Made by a program: the position numbers and the translations under genes
Shown here: positions 39,432 to 48,128 of the stretch, piece by piece
Position numbering within the stretch: the stretch's first letter is position 1
How the letters are laid out: the number at the start of each line of letters is the position of its first letter
Source: Pseudobdellovibrionaceae bacterium
Lineage (GTDB): Bacteria > Bdellovibrionota > Bdellovibrionia > Bdellovibrionales > UBA1609
Length of the DNA stretch: 64,000 nucleotides
Assembly: GCA_015163855.1 (NCBI GenBank)
Contig: JAAOIK010000007.1
Location: 28,824-92,823 of the forward strand
Direction of reading: 5' to 3'
Notes under the pieces: model-generated
The model's input: the letters and a program-made list of their open reading frames with translations, nothing else
Databases searched by the model: none
Told to the model about the DNA's origin: nothing

Positions 39432-40079
39432 ATGGATTTTACAAATGCTTTTTTTAACATTTCAAAGTGGGGACACGAATTTACATTATACCTATTAATT
39501 TTACTCAGTATTACAAGTATTGCTTTTATTTTAGAGCGCTGGTTTTTTTTAAAGAAAATTTTAGCTAAAAGTAAAATTGCACAAACAAATATAGATAGCA
39601 TTATACAAACTGGCGAATTAAAAGAACTAGAAAACTTAGCTTATGACAAAAGTTCTTTAGAGGGAGAAATAACTTCATACACCCTTAAACATATTAAAAG
39701 AAATAGTCAAAAAGGTATTAGCGAATTATTTTCTGCTTTTATCATGGGAAAAAAACAATCCTTAGACAAACGCTTAAGCTTTTTAGCTAGTGTGGGGTCT
39801 AATGCTCCTTTTATTGGATTACTGGGAACAGTGTTTGGTATCATGGATGCGTTTAAAGAACTAGCAAAATCACAAGGCGACGCTAGTGGAGTTATGTTAG
39901 GAATATCTAAAGCTCTTTTAGCCACTGCAGTGGGTTTAATTGTAGCCATTCCCGCGGTTGTTGCCTTTAACTTTTTTAAAACGCGAGTGTCTGAAATTTG
40001 CAACAACTTAACAAGCCTTCAAGATCTCTTTATTGCTTATGGGCACAACTATGAAAAATTGCAAGATAAGCAATCGTAA
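39432..40079 (+). CDS. exbB: MotA/TolQ/ExbB-family proton channel protein
   Basis: Three TM helices with the conserved block SNAPFIGLLGTVFGIM...ALLATAVGLIVAIPAV. Confidence 0.85.
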   Translation: MDFTNAFFNISKWGHEFTLYLLILLSITSIAFILERWFFLKKILAKSKIAQTNIDSIIQTGELKELENLAYDKSSLEGEITSYTLKHIKRNSQKGISELFSAFIMGKKQSLDKRLSFLASVGSNAPFIGLLGTVFGIMDAFKELAKSQGDASGVMLGISKALLATAVGLIVAIPAVVAFNFFKTRVSEICNNLTSLQDLFIAYGHNYEKLQDKQS

Positions 40080-40103
40080 ATACTACAGTACAAAGGATTA
40101 AAC

Positions 40104-40508
40104 ATGGGTGCCTCCATAAGAAATAACGACGAACAAATTGCAGAAATTAATATCGTTCCTTTTGTAGATATTATTTTAGTAGTGCTAATTATTTTTATGG
40201 TAACTGCCCCCATGATTATTACCCCTAGTATTAAGATTGATCTACCCAAAGCCAGTTCGGGAACTAAAACCGCAGCTTCTCCGTTAAATATTAGCATCAG
40301 CCGCACAGGAAGAGTCCGTATCAACGGAAAAGTAATTAGTTCAAGGCATATTATTGCAAAAATAAAACGGCTATTAAGAAAAAATAAAAAGTTACAAGCT
40401 ATTATTTCTGCTGACAAAAATGTAGCACATGGTAAAGTAATTTCTGTAATAGATAAGGTAAAATCTGCAGGAATATTTAAGTTTGCCATTTCTATAGATA
40501 AAAAATAA
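40104..40508 (+). CDS. exbD: ExbD/TolR-family biopolymer transport protein
   Basis: EINIVPFVDIILVVLIIFM TM segment with the conserved Asp, plus a periplasmic domain. Follows exbB by 24 nt. Confidence 0.85.
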   Translation: MGASIRNNDEQIAEINIVPFVDIILVVLIIFMVTAPMIITPSIKIDLPKASSGTKTAASPLNISISRTGRVRINGKVISSRHIIAKIKRLLRKNKKLQAIISADKNVAHGKVISVIDKVKSAGIFKFAISIDKK

Positions 40509-40524
40509 TAAAAAGGAATTTATA

Positions 40525-40962
40525 ATGAAAGACACTTTGCTTTCTCAATTTTACAAAAATACTCTTATAAAAAGCAACAAAGCCATGACTCTTTTAGAGA
40601 TTATGATTGTATTAGCTATTGTTGCCTTAATGGCTTCTTTAATCGGTCCGCAAGTAATAGGACAATTAAATAGCTCTAAAGTGAAAGAAGTAAAAATTCA
40701 AATTTCTGAATTAAGTAAGACTTTAGATATTTTTTACACAGATTGTGGCTTTTACCCTGAAGAATTAACCGCTTTATTAGAAAAACCCAGCAACTGTGAA
40801 AACTGGGGGCCAGATCCTTATATTAAAAAAATTCCAAAAGATGCATGGGGGCAAGAATTTATTTATGAACTAGAAGATAACAAACCCATTATTATCTCCT
40901 ATGGCGAGGACAGAAGAGAAGGTGGCTCAAAAAATGCATCTGACATTTCTTCTGAAGATTAG
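40525..40962 (+). CDS. gspG: Type II secretion major pseudopilin GspG
   Basis: Prepilin-type N-terminus (MTLLEIMIVLAIVA). C-terminal pattern PKDAWGQEFIY...YGEDRREGG...DI is typical of GspG. Confidence 0.9.
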   Translation: MKDTLLSQFYKNTLIKSNKAMTLLEIMIVLAIVALMASLIGPQVIGQLNSSKVKEVKIQISELSKTLDIFYTDCGFYPEELTALLEKPSNCENWGPDPYIKKIPKDAWGQEFIYELEDNKPIIISYGEDRREGGSKNASDISSED

Positions 40963-40987
40963 CCACTAGGTAACAATAAAAACATTT

Positions 40988-41605
40988 GTGAGTTTTATAA
41001 AAAATTATTGTTTTTTTATACCTAAAAACAGTAAGGCATTTAGCCTTTTAGAAGTAATGATAGTTTTGGCTATTTTAGCCTCTATTGCTAGCCTGGCTAT
41101 CCCTCAACTATCTAGTCAAAACTATTCTCGCAAAGGTTTTTTTAGAAAGCTTATTGCTTTAGACAAACAATTAAGAAGTTTAGCACAGCTGCAGAACCGC
41201 ACCTATAGAATTAATTTTCAAGTAAATCCATTATCTAAAAAATCGACCACCCTTTTTTGGGTAGATTATAAAAGTGGGCAAGAAACCATAACACCTAATA
41301 AAAACACCAACTCTAAAAATTTAAGCGCTTTTCTTTCGGAATGGACAATGGCAAAAAAAATATTAAAAAAAAAGCAGAAGCTTCCCCACTTGCTAGAAAT
41401 TGTAAACATACAGCTAGAGGGGTTTAAAAAGCCACTACAGTCTGGCTTAATTTCTATTTATTTTTTTCCCCAAGGAGTTACGCAAAAAGCGGTAATACAT
41501 TTTTCTGAAAACAAAAAACAAAAATGGTCTTTTGTAGTGCATACTTTTATTAGTAAAAATAATTTATTAACAAAACACATTTCTTTTAAAGAAGCTTTTC
41601 AATAA
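40988..41605 (+). CDS. gspH: Type II secretion minor pseudopilin GspH
   Basis: Prepilin-type FSLLEVMIVLAILA. Position after gspG. The GTG start gives an unusually long leader. Confidence 0.7.
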   Translation: MSFIKNYCFFIPKNSKAFSLLEVMIVLAILASIASLAIPQLSSQNYSRKGFFRKLIALDKQLRSLAQLQNRTYRINFQVNPLSKKSTTLFWVDYKSGQETITPNKNTNSKNLSAFLSEWTMAKKILKKKQKLPHLLEIVNIQLEGFKKPLQSGLISIYFFPQGVTQKAVIHFSENKKQKWSFVVHTFISKNNLLTKHISFKEAFQ

Positions 41606-41630
41606 GAACAAAACGGTTTAATATTAAGAC

Positions 41631-42128
41631 ATGTCTAGCATTTTTAATAACAAAGGCTTAACGCTAATTGAGGTTTTAATCGCAGTCGCTATTTTAGTTG
41701 GCGGTGTAGTAGTTATTAGCAGTTCTTGGTCGGGAACTTTATTAAAAATTAGAAAAGCAAAAATTTATAATGAAGTACATTATTTATTACAAAAAAAAAT
41801 GGCAGAAATAGAAATTCAATACAAAAGTACTCCTATTAATGAAATACCTGAAGAAATTAGTGGAACTTTTTTAAAGCCTTACGGGAAGTATAAATGGCAA
41901 GTAAAATCACAAAATATGTCTTTGCCCAATTTAAAATCTTTAATTGAAAATCAAAATTCTAGCGAACAGTCTCAAAACATTTTATCTGCGGCTTTATCTC
42001 AATTACAAAAAGCGGTAAAAGAAGTACAAGTTACCGTAATTCTTCCTAATAAGAAAAATACTTTGTCTTATCACCTAGCTACCTACTTTGTAGACTACCA
42101 TGCGGCTTCTAAAATAGGAGGCTTCTGA
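41631..42128 (+). CDS. gspI: Type II secretion minor pseudopilin GspI
   Basis: Leader MSSIFNNKG followed by LTLIEVLIAVAIL. Position in the operon. Confidence 0.75.
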   Translation: MSSIFNNKGLTLIEVLIAVAILVGGVVVISSSWSGTLLKIRKAKIYNEVHYLLQKKMAEIEIQYKSTPINEIPEEISGTFLKPYGKYKWQVKSQNMSLPNLKSLIENQNSSEQSQNILSAALSQLQKAVKEVQVTVILPNKKNTLSYHLATYFVDYHAASKIGGF

Positions 42129-42946
42129 TTTTAAAAAATAATATAGGCTTCACCTTAATAGAAACTTTAATTGCAACTACTATTTTAGCTTTTTTATCTA
42201 TAAATAGTGCCCAAAGCATTAGTCAGGCTTTAAAACAAAAAACAAAAATACAAAGTCGCATAGACGATAATACTGTAATACAACAAAGCTTAAACCTTAT
42301 GGAAAGAGACATAAGTCGTATTTTTAACTATGCCGACATTCCCGAAGCTGTTAATCAATTAAGCCAACTAAACCATTGGAAAAAACAGGTTTTAAGAAAT
42401 AAGCAATTAAAACCTAGCGAACAATTAACTATTATTAAACCCAAGGTAACACCCTTAAGATTTTTATATAAATTTCAAGGCAAAGAAGAGCAAGTTAACT
42501 TTATTAGCGCTAACCAAGCTAGGCTATTTTCTAATCAAAACTTAACCCGCTTGCAAGAAATTAGCTATTATACTGCAAGTTGCAAATCTTCTAAACAAGG
42601 CCTTTGTTTATGGCGAAGAAATTCTTCTGTGATAGATGGCAATGTAGAAAAAGGAGGCCAATCCTTTAGTTTATTATCCAACATAACTAGTTTAAAATTT
42701 CGCTATATTGGAGGTAAGCAAAAAAATCCTGAATGGAAAACAGAATGGCCTTTTTTTTCTGAAGTAAGTACCAACACCCCCCTGCCCTATGCTATAGAAA
42801 TTACTTTGAAAGTTAAAGTTAAAGAAACTGTAAAACAATTTCAAAAAATTGCTTTAATTCATCACCCTGATATTTTTGTTCCAAAAATGAAAATCTCTAC
42901 TTTTACTGCTCCTTCTACTTTAACCCTTCCAGTCTCTAAACCATAA
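42128..42946 (+). CDS. gspJ: Type II secretion minor pseudopilin GspJ (proposed ATT start at 42128; first canonical start only at 42299)
   Basis: In-frame upstream sequence encodes (I)LKNNIG-FTLIETLIATTILAFLS, a complete prepilin leader and helix. AGGAGG at 42116-42121 lies 6 nt before ATT 42128. There is no ATG/GTG/TTG between 42113 and 42298. Confidence 0.75.
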   Translation: MLKNNIGFTLIETLIATTILAFLSINSAQSISQALKQKTKIQSRIDDNTVIQQSLNLMERDISRIFNYADIPEAVNQLSQLNHWKKQVLRNKQLKPSEQLTIIKPKVTPLRFLYKFQGKEEQVNFISANQARLFSNQNLTRLQEISYYTASCKSSKQGLCLWRRNSSVIDGNVEKGGQSFSLLSNITSLKFRYIGGKQKNPEWKTEWPFFSEVSTNTPLPYAIEITLKVKVKETVKQFQKIALIHHPDIFVPKMKISTFTAPSTLTLPVSKP

Positions 42947-42958
42947 ACCTAAAACATT

Positions 42959-44182
42959 ATGAAAAAAAATTGCTTTCCATCCCCCTTATTTCTGCTTAAA
43001 AATAACAAAGCTGTTGCTTTACTATTAGCTCTATTTAGCCTTACTATGAGTATTTGGGTGGCCACAGAATTGTCTTATGACTCTAATGTGGAATATGTTT
43101 TAGCTTCACGAAAACTACAAAAATTACAAGCCTACTACGCTGCAAAAGCTGGTGCCAACATTAGTTTGCTAAGAATTTTTTTATTTAAAAAAGCGGTAAA
43201 AACTTTTGCCACAAAAACGGGTGCTTTAGAATCTAGCTTTGAACCCATCTGGAGCTTTCCCCTAGCCTGGCCACCTAGTTTATACCTACCTTCGGATTTT
43301 TCTAAAGATGCCAAAGCGGCTTTTGCGGAGACCGAAAAAGGCTCTTTTATAAAAGCACAATACACAACCAGCATCAGTGTGGAAGATAATAAAGTGGATA
43401 TTAATGATCTAGTTTCTCCATCTAAACTTTTATCTACATTTAGCAAACAACAATTTATTAACATTTTTAAAACAGAGGTAGAAAATAACGAAAAGTTTGG
43501 GGCGAAATATCGTGATTATAACTTTGCCGAGCTAGCCAATAACTTTATAGATTGGATAGACAAAGATTTTGAAAGCTTAAACGGAGGAGATGAAAAATCC
43601 TTTTATGCCGATTGGATAGATCAATATAAATCCATACAAGACACTTCTGATTACATTCCTCCTAATCAATACTTTAAACATATTAGTGAGCTAAGAATGG
43701 TAAGTGCAATGAATGACGATTTTTTTCAATTATTAGAAAATAAAGTGACTTTATTTGGTAGTAAAAAAATTAATTTAAACCATATGGATATTGAACTATT
43801 AAAAAGCTTTCCTTGGGCTACTCCAGAAGTAATCTCTGCTTTTGAAGAAAGGGTAAGTTCTCAAAGTTTTGTTAATGTCGAAGATTTTAAAAGCTTTTTA
43901 AAAGAATTTGATTTAGCCGAAAACGTAGACACATCTATTTTTAGCTTTGACTCTGGTGTCAATTTTCAAATCACTAGTACTGGTATAGTAAACAATACCT
44001 CTTATACCATTAAGCTAATCACTTACGATATAAATGAAACCATAGAGCGATTAAGTGAAATTTTGTTTTTTGAAGAGGAAGAAAAAAACCCTGCCTCACA
44101 AGGGAAAAAACTAAAATATAAAAAAAATAATTACTTTTTGCCCAACAAAAGTCCTGTTGTTGTGCATTGGCAAGAGTTTTAA
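42959..44182 (+). CDS. gspK: Type II secretion minor pseudopilin GspK
   Basis: Hydrophobic N-terminus without Glu5 (NNKAVALLLALFSL). Large globular insertion and an INLNHMD...LLKSF segment like the GspK HhH region. Operon position. Confidence 0.7.
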   Translation: MKKNCFPSPLFLLKNNKAVALLLALFSLTMSIWVATELSYDSNVEYVLASRKLQKLQAYYAAKAGANISLLRIFLFKKAVKTFATKTGALESSFEPIWSFPLAWPPSLYLPSDFSKDAKAAFAETEKGSFIKAQYTTSISVEDNKVDINDLVSPSKLLSTFSKQQFINIFKTEVENNEKFGAKYRDYNFAELANNFIDWIDKDFESLNGGDEKSFYADWIDQYKSIQDTSDYIPPNQYFKHISELRMVSAMNDDFFQLLENKVTLFGSKKINLNHMDIELLKSFPWATPEVISAFEERVSSQSFVNVEDFKSFLKEFDLAENVDTSIFSFDSGVNFQITSTGIVNNTSYTIKLITYDINETIERLSEILFFEEEEKNPASQGKKLKYKKNNYFLPNKSPVVVHWQEF

Positions 44183-44226
44183 AAAAAAGCTTTTATCTTC
44201 TGACTTTTAAATGCTAAAATTTTTAA

Positions 44227-45813
44227 ATGAAGTATCTTGGGTTAGACATTACATCGACAGAAATTCGAGCTATTTTAATTCAAAAAAATGCCTTGCAATA
44301 TTCTATTATAGAAAAAAAAAGCTTTCCTTTAATACCAAACACAGACGACGCTTTATTAAAAACTTTATTACAGGTGCAATCTTATTTTGCTTATAACGAC
44401 ATACAAACTTGTGTTGGAGTAGAAGCCAGCAAATGCTTTGTTCGTACTTTACAACTTCCCTTTTCTCAAAAATTTAAACTCAATAAAATTTTACCCTTTC
44501 AACTAGAAGAAGAGTTACCAGTAGAGCCCAACAACTTAGCTACAGATATGTTATTTCTAAATAAGTCTAAAGAAAAAGACTCAGAAATTTTAGTGGTAGC
44601 TACTAAGAAAAAAGAATTACAACTATTAATAAAAAATCTTAATGCATTAAACTTTAATTTAGAATCTATAGCCCCTATTCAATTAAGCTTAACTAGTATC
44701 CTTCCTTCTTTTGAGGAAGATTCCTTTGCAAAAAAAACAAAAGTGTATTTAAACTTAGATTTACGCTCTAGCTACCTTAATATAGCAAAAATTTATAATG
44801 GACAGTGTTACATTACTCAATCTACTCCACTTAATTATAGCCTAAGTACATTGATTAAACAGCTGGCCGATAAATACTCTATTTCGTTAGAGCAGGCAGA
44901 AACAGAATTTTTAAAAAATAGCTTTATTGTAATGCCTACTCACTTAAATGGCATTACTCCAGAGCAAAAAGAATTTTCGGATAACATTACATCTCACCTA
45001 CAAGAATTTATTACAGAAATAAAAAAAGAATTTTTAAAATTAAAATTAACCGGTGAAGATTTAGCATCTATAGAAATTTATGGCGAAGCCCTGTGCATAA
45101 AAAATTTGAAACCATTTTTAAAGCAAGAAATAAATATAACTATAACAGACTTTCAAACACAGGTATTGCAATCTCCAGAAGAATTAAGTGCTAAACATGA
45201 TATTAAAAACGCCAAATTTATAAATGCGCTAAGTCTAGCTGTAAGTATGTCTACACCCTTAAAGCAAATCAATTTTTTACAAGGCGAATTATCCCCAAGT
45301 AATCAAAAAATAAAAAAATTTTGGACATCTAATCAGTCAGTAATAAAAATTGGTCTCGCCACATGGACCATTGCCATAATATTTGGATTTTTTAAACAAA
45401 GCATAACCTATAAAATGGCTGATGACAGCTACTTTAATTTAAAAAAGATTGCAAAAAAAACGACTAAATTAAAAGGCAGAAAGTTAAAACTTAGTAGCAT
45501 AAAAAAGATAGTTAAAACTTATAAAAAACAAAAAAACTCGCAAGATTTTTTTTCTCAGCTGCAAAAAGTTAAAACGCCCATTTATTTTTTTAATAAACTT
45601 TCTACTATGCCTCGCACCATTAATGTGAATATTACTTATCTAGATATTTCTACTGTAAAAAAACAAATGACAGTAAAAGGCTATAGCAAAGATAGTGTAT
45701 CTTCTATAAACTTTAAAAGTTATTTACAAAGCATTAGTAAAAATAAAAAGCCTATAGGAAGGGCTGTTAAAACAGGCAGTGGAACTACATTTAACTATAC
45801 TATCCCCTTATAA
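44227..45813 (+). CDS. gspL: Type II secretion assembly-platform protein GspL-like (actin/PilM-like cytoplasmic domain, one TM, periplasmic domain)
   Basis: N-terminus YLGLDITSTEIRAILI resembles PilM/GspL. Single TM (VIKIGLATWTIAIIFGFF). Operon position. At 528 aa it is longer than typical GspL. Confidence 0.6.
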   Translation: MKYLGLDITSTEIRAILIQKNALQYSIIEKKSFPLIPNTDDALLKTLLQVQSYFAYNDIQTCVGVEASKCFVRTLQLPFSQKFKLNKILPFQLEEELPVEPNNLATDMLFLNKSKEKDSEILVVATKKKELQLLIKNLNALNFNLESIAPIQLSLTSILPSFEEDSFAKKTKVYLNLDLRSSYLNIAKIYNGQCYITQSTPLNYSLSTLIKQLADKYSISLEQAETEFLKNSFIVMPTHLNGITPEQKEFSDNITSHLQEFITEIKKEFLKLKLTGEDLASIEIYGEALCIKNLKPFLKQEINITITDFQTQVLQSPEELSAKHDIKNAKFINALSLAVSMSTPLKQINFLQGELSPSNQKIKKFWTSNQSVIKIGLATWTIAIIFGFFKQSITYKMADDSYFNLKKIAKKTTKLKGRKLKLSSIKKIVKTYKKQKNSQDFFSQLQKVKTPIYFFNKLSTMPRTINVNITYLDISTVKKQMTVKGYSKDSVSSINFKSYLQSISKNKKPIGRAVKTGSGTTFNYTIPL

Positions 45814-45815
45814 TT

Positions 45816-46409
45816 ATGAAAGAAAATATCTTAAATCTTATTTCTACCCTGCAAGAACAAGTAAAAGTTTTGTTAATTCAAATTCAAGAACAAACTTTTT
45901 ACAATGTAACAAAAGATTATTACCAAAATTCTTCGGTAATTATTCAAAAAATAATTAAATACAGCTGCCTGGCTTTAAGTGTTTTTATTATTATCTATAT
46001 TCCCTATTCTTTTATAAATGCATCTAATATGGATATTAAAGTATTTTTAGAACATAAAAATTTAGCAGAAAATTTAATTCAATCTAAAACTAAACCGCTA
46101 AAATCGCACCATAGCCATGGCCCCTTTGCTTTTGATAAAATTAAACAAAGTATTGAACAAAAATTACAAAAATTTCAATTATCCACTCAACAAAGCTATA
46201 AAATTAAAAAAATAAATAGCGGATTAATTATTAATGTTCGCTGGTTAAATTTAGAAGAATTTATTACTATATCAAAAATCTTAGAAAAAATTCATCCTCA
46301 ATTAAAAATGACACAGCTAAAGATGACTCCCGAAAGAAGAGAGCTGTATTTTAATACCGTTTTTATATTTAAATATTTTAATATTAAACAAAATATAGCA
46401 AAAAAATAA
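45816..46409 (+). CDS. gspM: GspM-like bitopic membrane protein
   Basis: Called mainly from position after gspL, its size, and a single TM (CLALSVFIIIYIPYSF). Confidence 0.5.
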   Translation: MKENILNLISTLQEQVKVLLIQIQEQTFYNVTKDYYQNSSVIIQKIIKYSCLALSVFIIIYIPYSFINASNMDIKVFLEHKNLAENLIQSKTKPLKSHHSHGPFAFDKIKQSIEQKLQKFQLSTQQSYKIKKINSGLIINVRWLNLEEFITISKILEKIHPQLKMTQLKMTPERRELYFNTVFIFKYFNIKQNIAKK

Positions 46410-46428
46410 AGCTTTACTTTTACAACCC

Positions 46429-47349
46429 ATGTTTATACTAAAAAATCTTTTTTCTATTATAAAAAATAATAAATACTTAATTATCTTAGGCTTAGGCTTA
46501 ACTTTTTTGTTTGTTACTTTATTACTGCCTTATCAAGACATTAACACTTACATCAGTTCGCAAATAAATACTTACACTAATGGAAAAGTACAGTTTACAG
46601 CGAAAAAATTTTTGATATCTCCTTTTATGGAATTGCAATTTATGGACAGTATAACTTCTTACAAAAAAATAGAAGTTCCTATAAAAAAAATTGCTATCAA
46701 ACCTTTGTGGCTACAAAGCTTATTGCTTAATTTTGGCATAGAAGTAAATGCGCATTCTATTTTTGAAGGCAATATACAGCTTGTTGTAAAAAAAAATAAA
46801 AGCAAAAAACACCCCCTAGCTTTTAATGCTTACTTGCAAAATATTTCTTTAGAAAAATTACCACTACCCTTTATTAAATTACATGGAAAAATTTCTGCTA
46901 ATATAAAAACTTTAATAAACCCCCATTGGCTTTATGCTCCTAATATTTATTTAGAAGTAATTAATAACAAAAAAATACAAGTATTTAGATCTAAAATCCC
47001 TAGCCCTTTTGGTCCTATACAAATCCCTTTAATACACTTTTCAAAATTAAAAATAAAAGCCGCTACTCAAAAAGAAGTGCTAAATATTCAAAATCTAGAA
47101 CTGGGCTCCTCCACAGATGCTTTATATATTAAAATAGCCGGTACCGCTGCTTTAACTATTAAAAAACAAAGACGCAAAAATACTCTGTCTATAAAAAATT
47201 ATAAATTATCCGTCTATATTAAAGCGCAACAACCTCCCCCTAGCTGGAAAAGTTTATTGGCTTTACTAGACAATTATAAAACAGGAAATGTGTACCAGTT
47301 TCATATTAAAGGTAATAGCCTTAACGCTATTCCAGAATTAACACGATAA
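46429..47349 (+). CDS. gspN: GspN-like bitopic membrane protein
   Basis: Called from position as the last gene of the gsp block, an N-terminal TM (YLIILGLGLTFLFVTLLL) and its size. No motif-level support. Confidence 0.4.
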   Translation: MFILKNLFSIIKNNKYLIILGLGLTFLFVTLLLPYQDINTYISSQINTYTNGKVQFTAKKFLISPFMELQFMDSITSYKKIEVPIKKIAIKPLWLQSLLLNFGIEVNAHSIFEGNIQLVVKKNKSKKHPLAFNAYLQNISLEKLPLPFIKLHGKISANIKTLINPHWLYAPNIYLEVINNKKIQVFRSKIPSPFGPIQIPLIHFSKLKIKAATQKEVLNIQNLELGSSTDALYIKIAGTAALTIKKQRRKNTLSIKNYKLSVYIKAQQPPPSWKSLLALLDNYKTGNVYQFHIKGNSLNAIPELTR

Positions 47350-47522
47350 TCTTTAGCCTTGTTAAATTTGTCGCAGCGCATTGTACACGGCTATTTTACA
47401 GCTTCAGCAGTCTAGAATCCTTATTTCGTTTTTTTTTAATGCACCTGCGCAATAAGACCCTTTAAGTGCTGGATTTTTTTTGCAAACATGCTTATAAAGA
47501 AACACATATATGGAGGATATTT

Positions 47523-47942
47523 ATGAGTTTAAATAAAGCAATGATCATCGGAAGACTAGGTAACAATCCTGAAGTGAAAACTATCTCTACGGGCAACACT
47601 GTAGCTAATTTTAGTATTGCTACCAGTGAAAATTGGCTAAAAGATGGAGAAAAGCAAGAACGAACAGAATGGCACCGCATTGTAGTATGGGGAAAAATGG
47701 CCGACATTTGTGGTAAATACTTGTCTAAAGGCAGCTCTGTATATGTAGAGGGTCGCATTCAAACTCGATCTTGGGAAGATAAAGACGGGCAAAAGCGCTA
47801 CACTACCGAAATTAACGCACAACGGGTTCAATTTTTAGATACAAAAAAATCACAAAATGCTACGACTTCTACGGAAGATCATTTTACTCCAGCTGTATCT
47901 GCTGAGCCACAATTTGATGCTGGCGAAGAAATTCCTTTTTAA
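47523..47942 (+). CDS. ssb: Single-stranded DNA-binding protein
   Basis: [21 protein letters not shown]-fold N-terminus and acidic tail ...GEEIPF. GGAGG lies 7 nt upstream of ATG 47523, so the longer ORF-track start at 47466 is rejected. Confidence 0.95.
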   Translation: MSLNKAMIIGRLGNNPEVKTISTGNTVANFSIATSENWLKDGEKQERTEWHRIVVWGKMADICGKYLSKGSSVYVEGRIQTRSWEDKDGQKRYTTEINAQRVQFLDTKKSQNATTSTEDHFTPAVSAEPQFDAGEEIPF

Positions 47943-47980
47943 AATAGCCGTCATCTAGCTATTTTTTTATATTTCAATAA

Positions 47981-48008
47981 AAAGCCTCTAAAATTTAGAG
48001 GCTTTTTT
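47981..48008 (+). terminator. Rho-independent terminator after ssb
   Basis: aaaGCCTCTAAaatTTAGAGGCtttttt: an 8-9 bp stem followed by a T-run. Confidence 0.75.
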
Positions 48009-48128
48009 AATTAAATACCCTATTATTACCTAGTCCATAGTGTGAACTATACACTTTAAAGCTAGTCAACCGCTCCTTTTTTTTTTAAAATAAGCTAATA
48101 TTAAACCATTTTATTATAAGGTGCTTCT

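Noticed and set aside
47372-47449. Interrupted inverted repeat CGCAGCGCATT ... AATGCACCTGCG enclosing about 55 nt between gspN and ssb; a possible sRNA or structured leader.
   Set aside because: There are only two 5-bp helices with an internal loop. They enclose an unstructured T-rich stretch, and there is no supporting conservation information. This is too weak to call.
47466-47522. N-terminal extension of ssb in the ORF track ([19 protein letters not shown]...).
   Set aside because: GGAGG at 47512-47516 precedes ATG 47523, and SSB homologs start at MSLNK-like sequences. The extension would include the promoter region.
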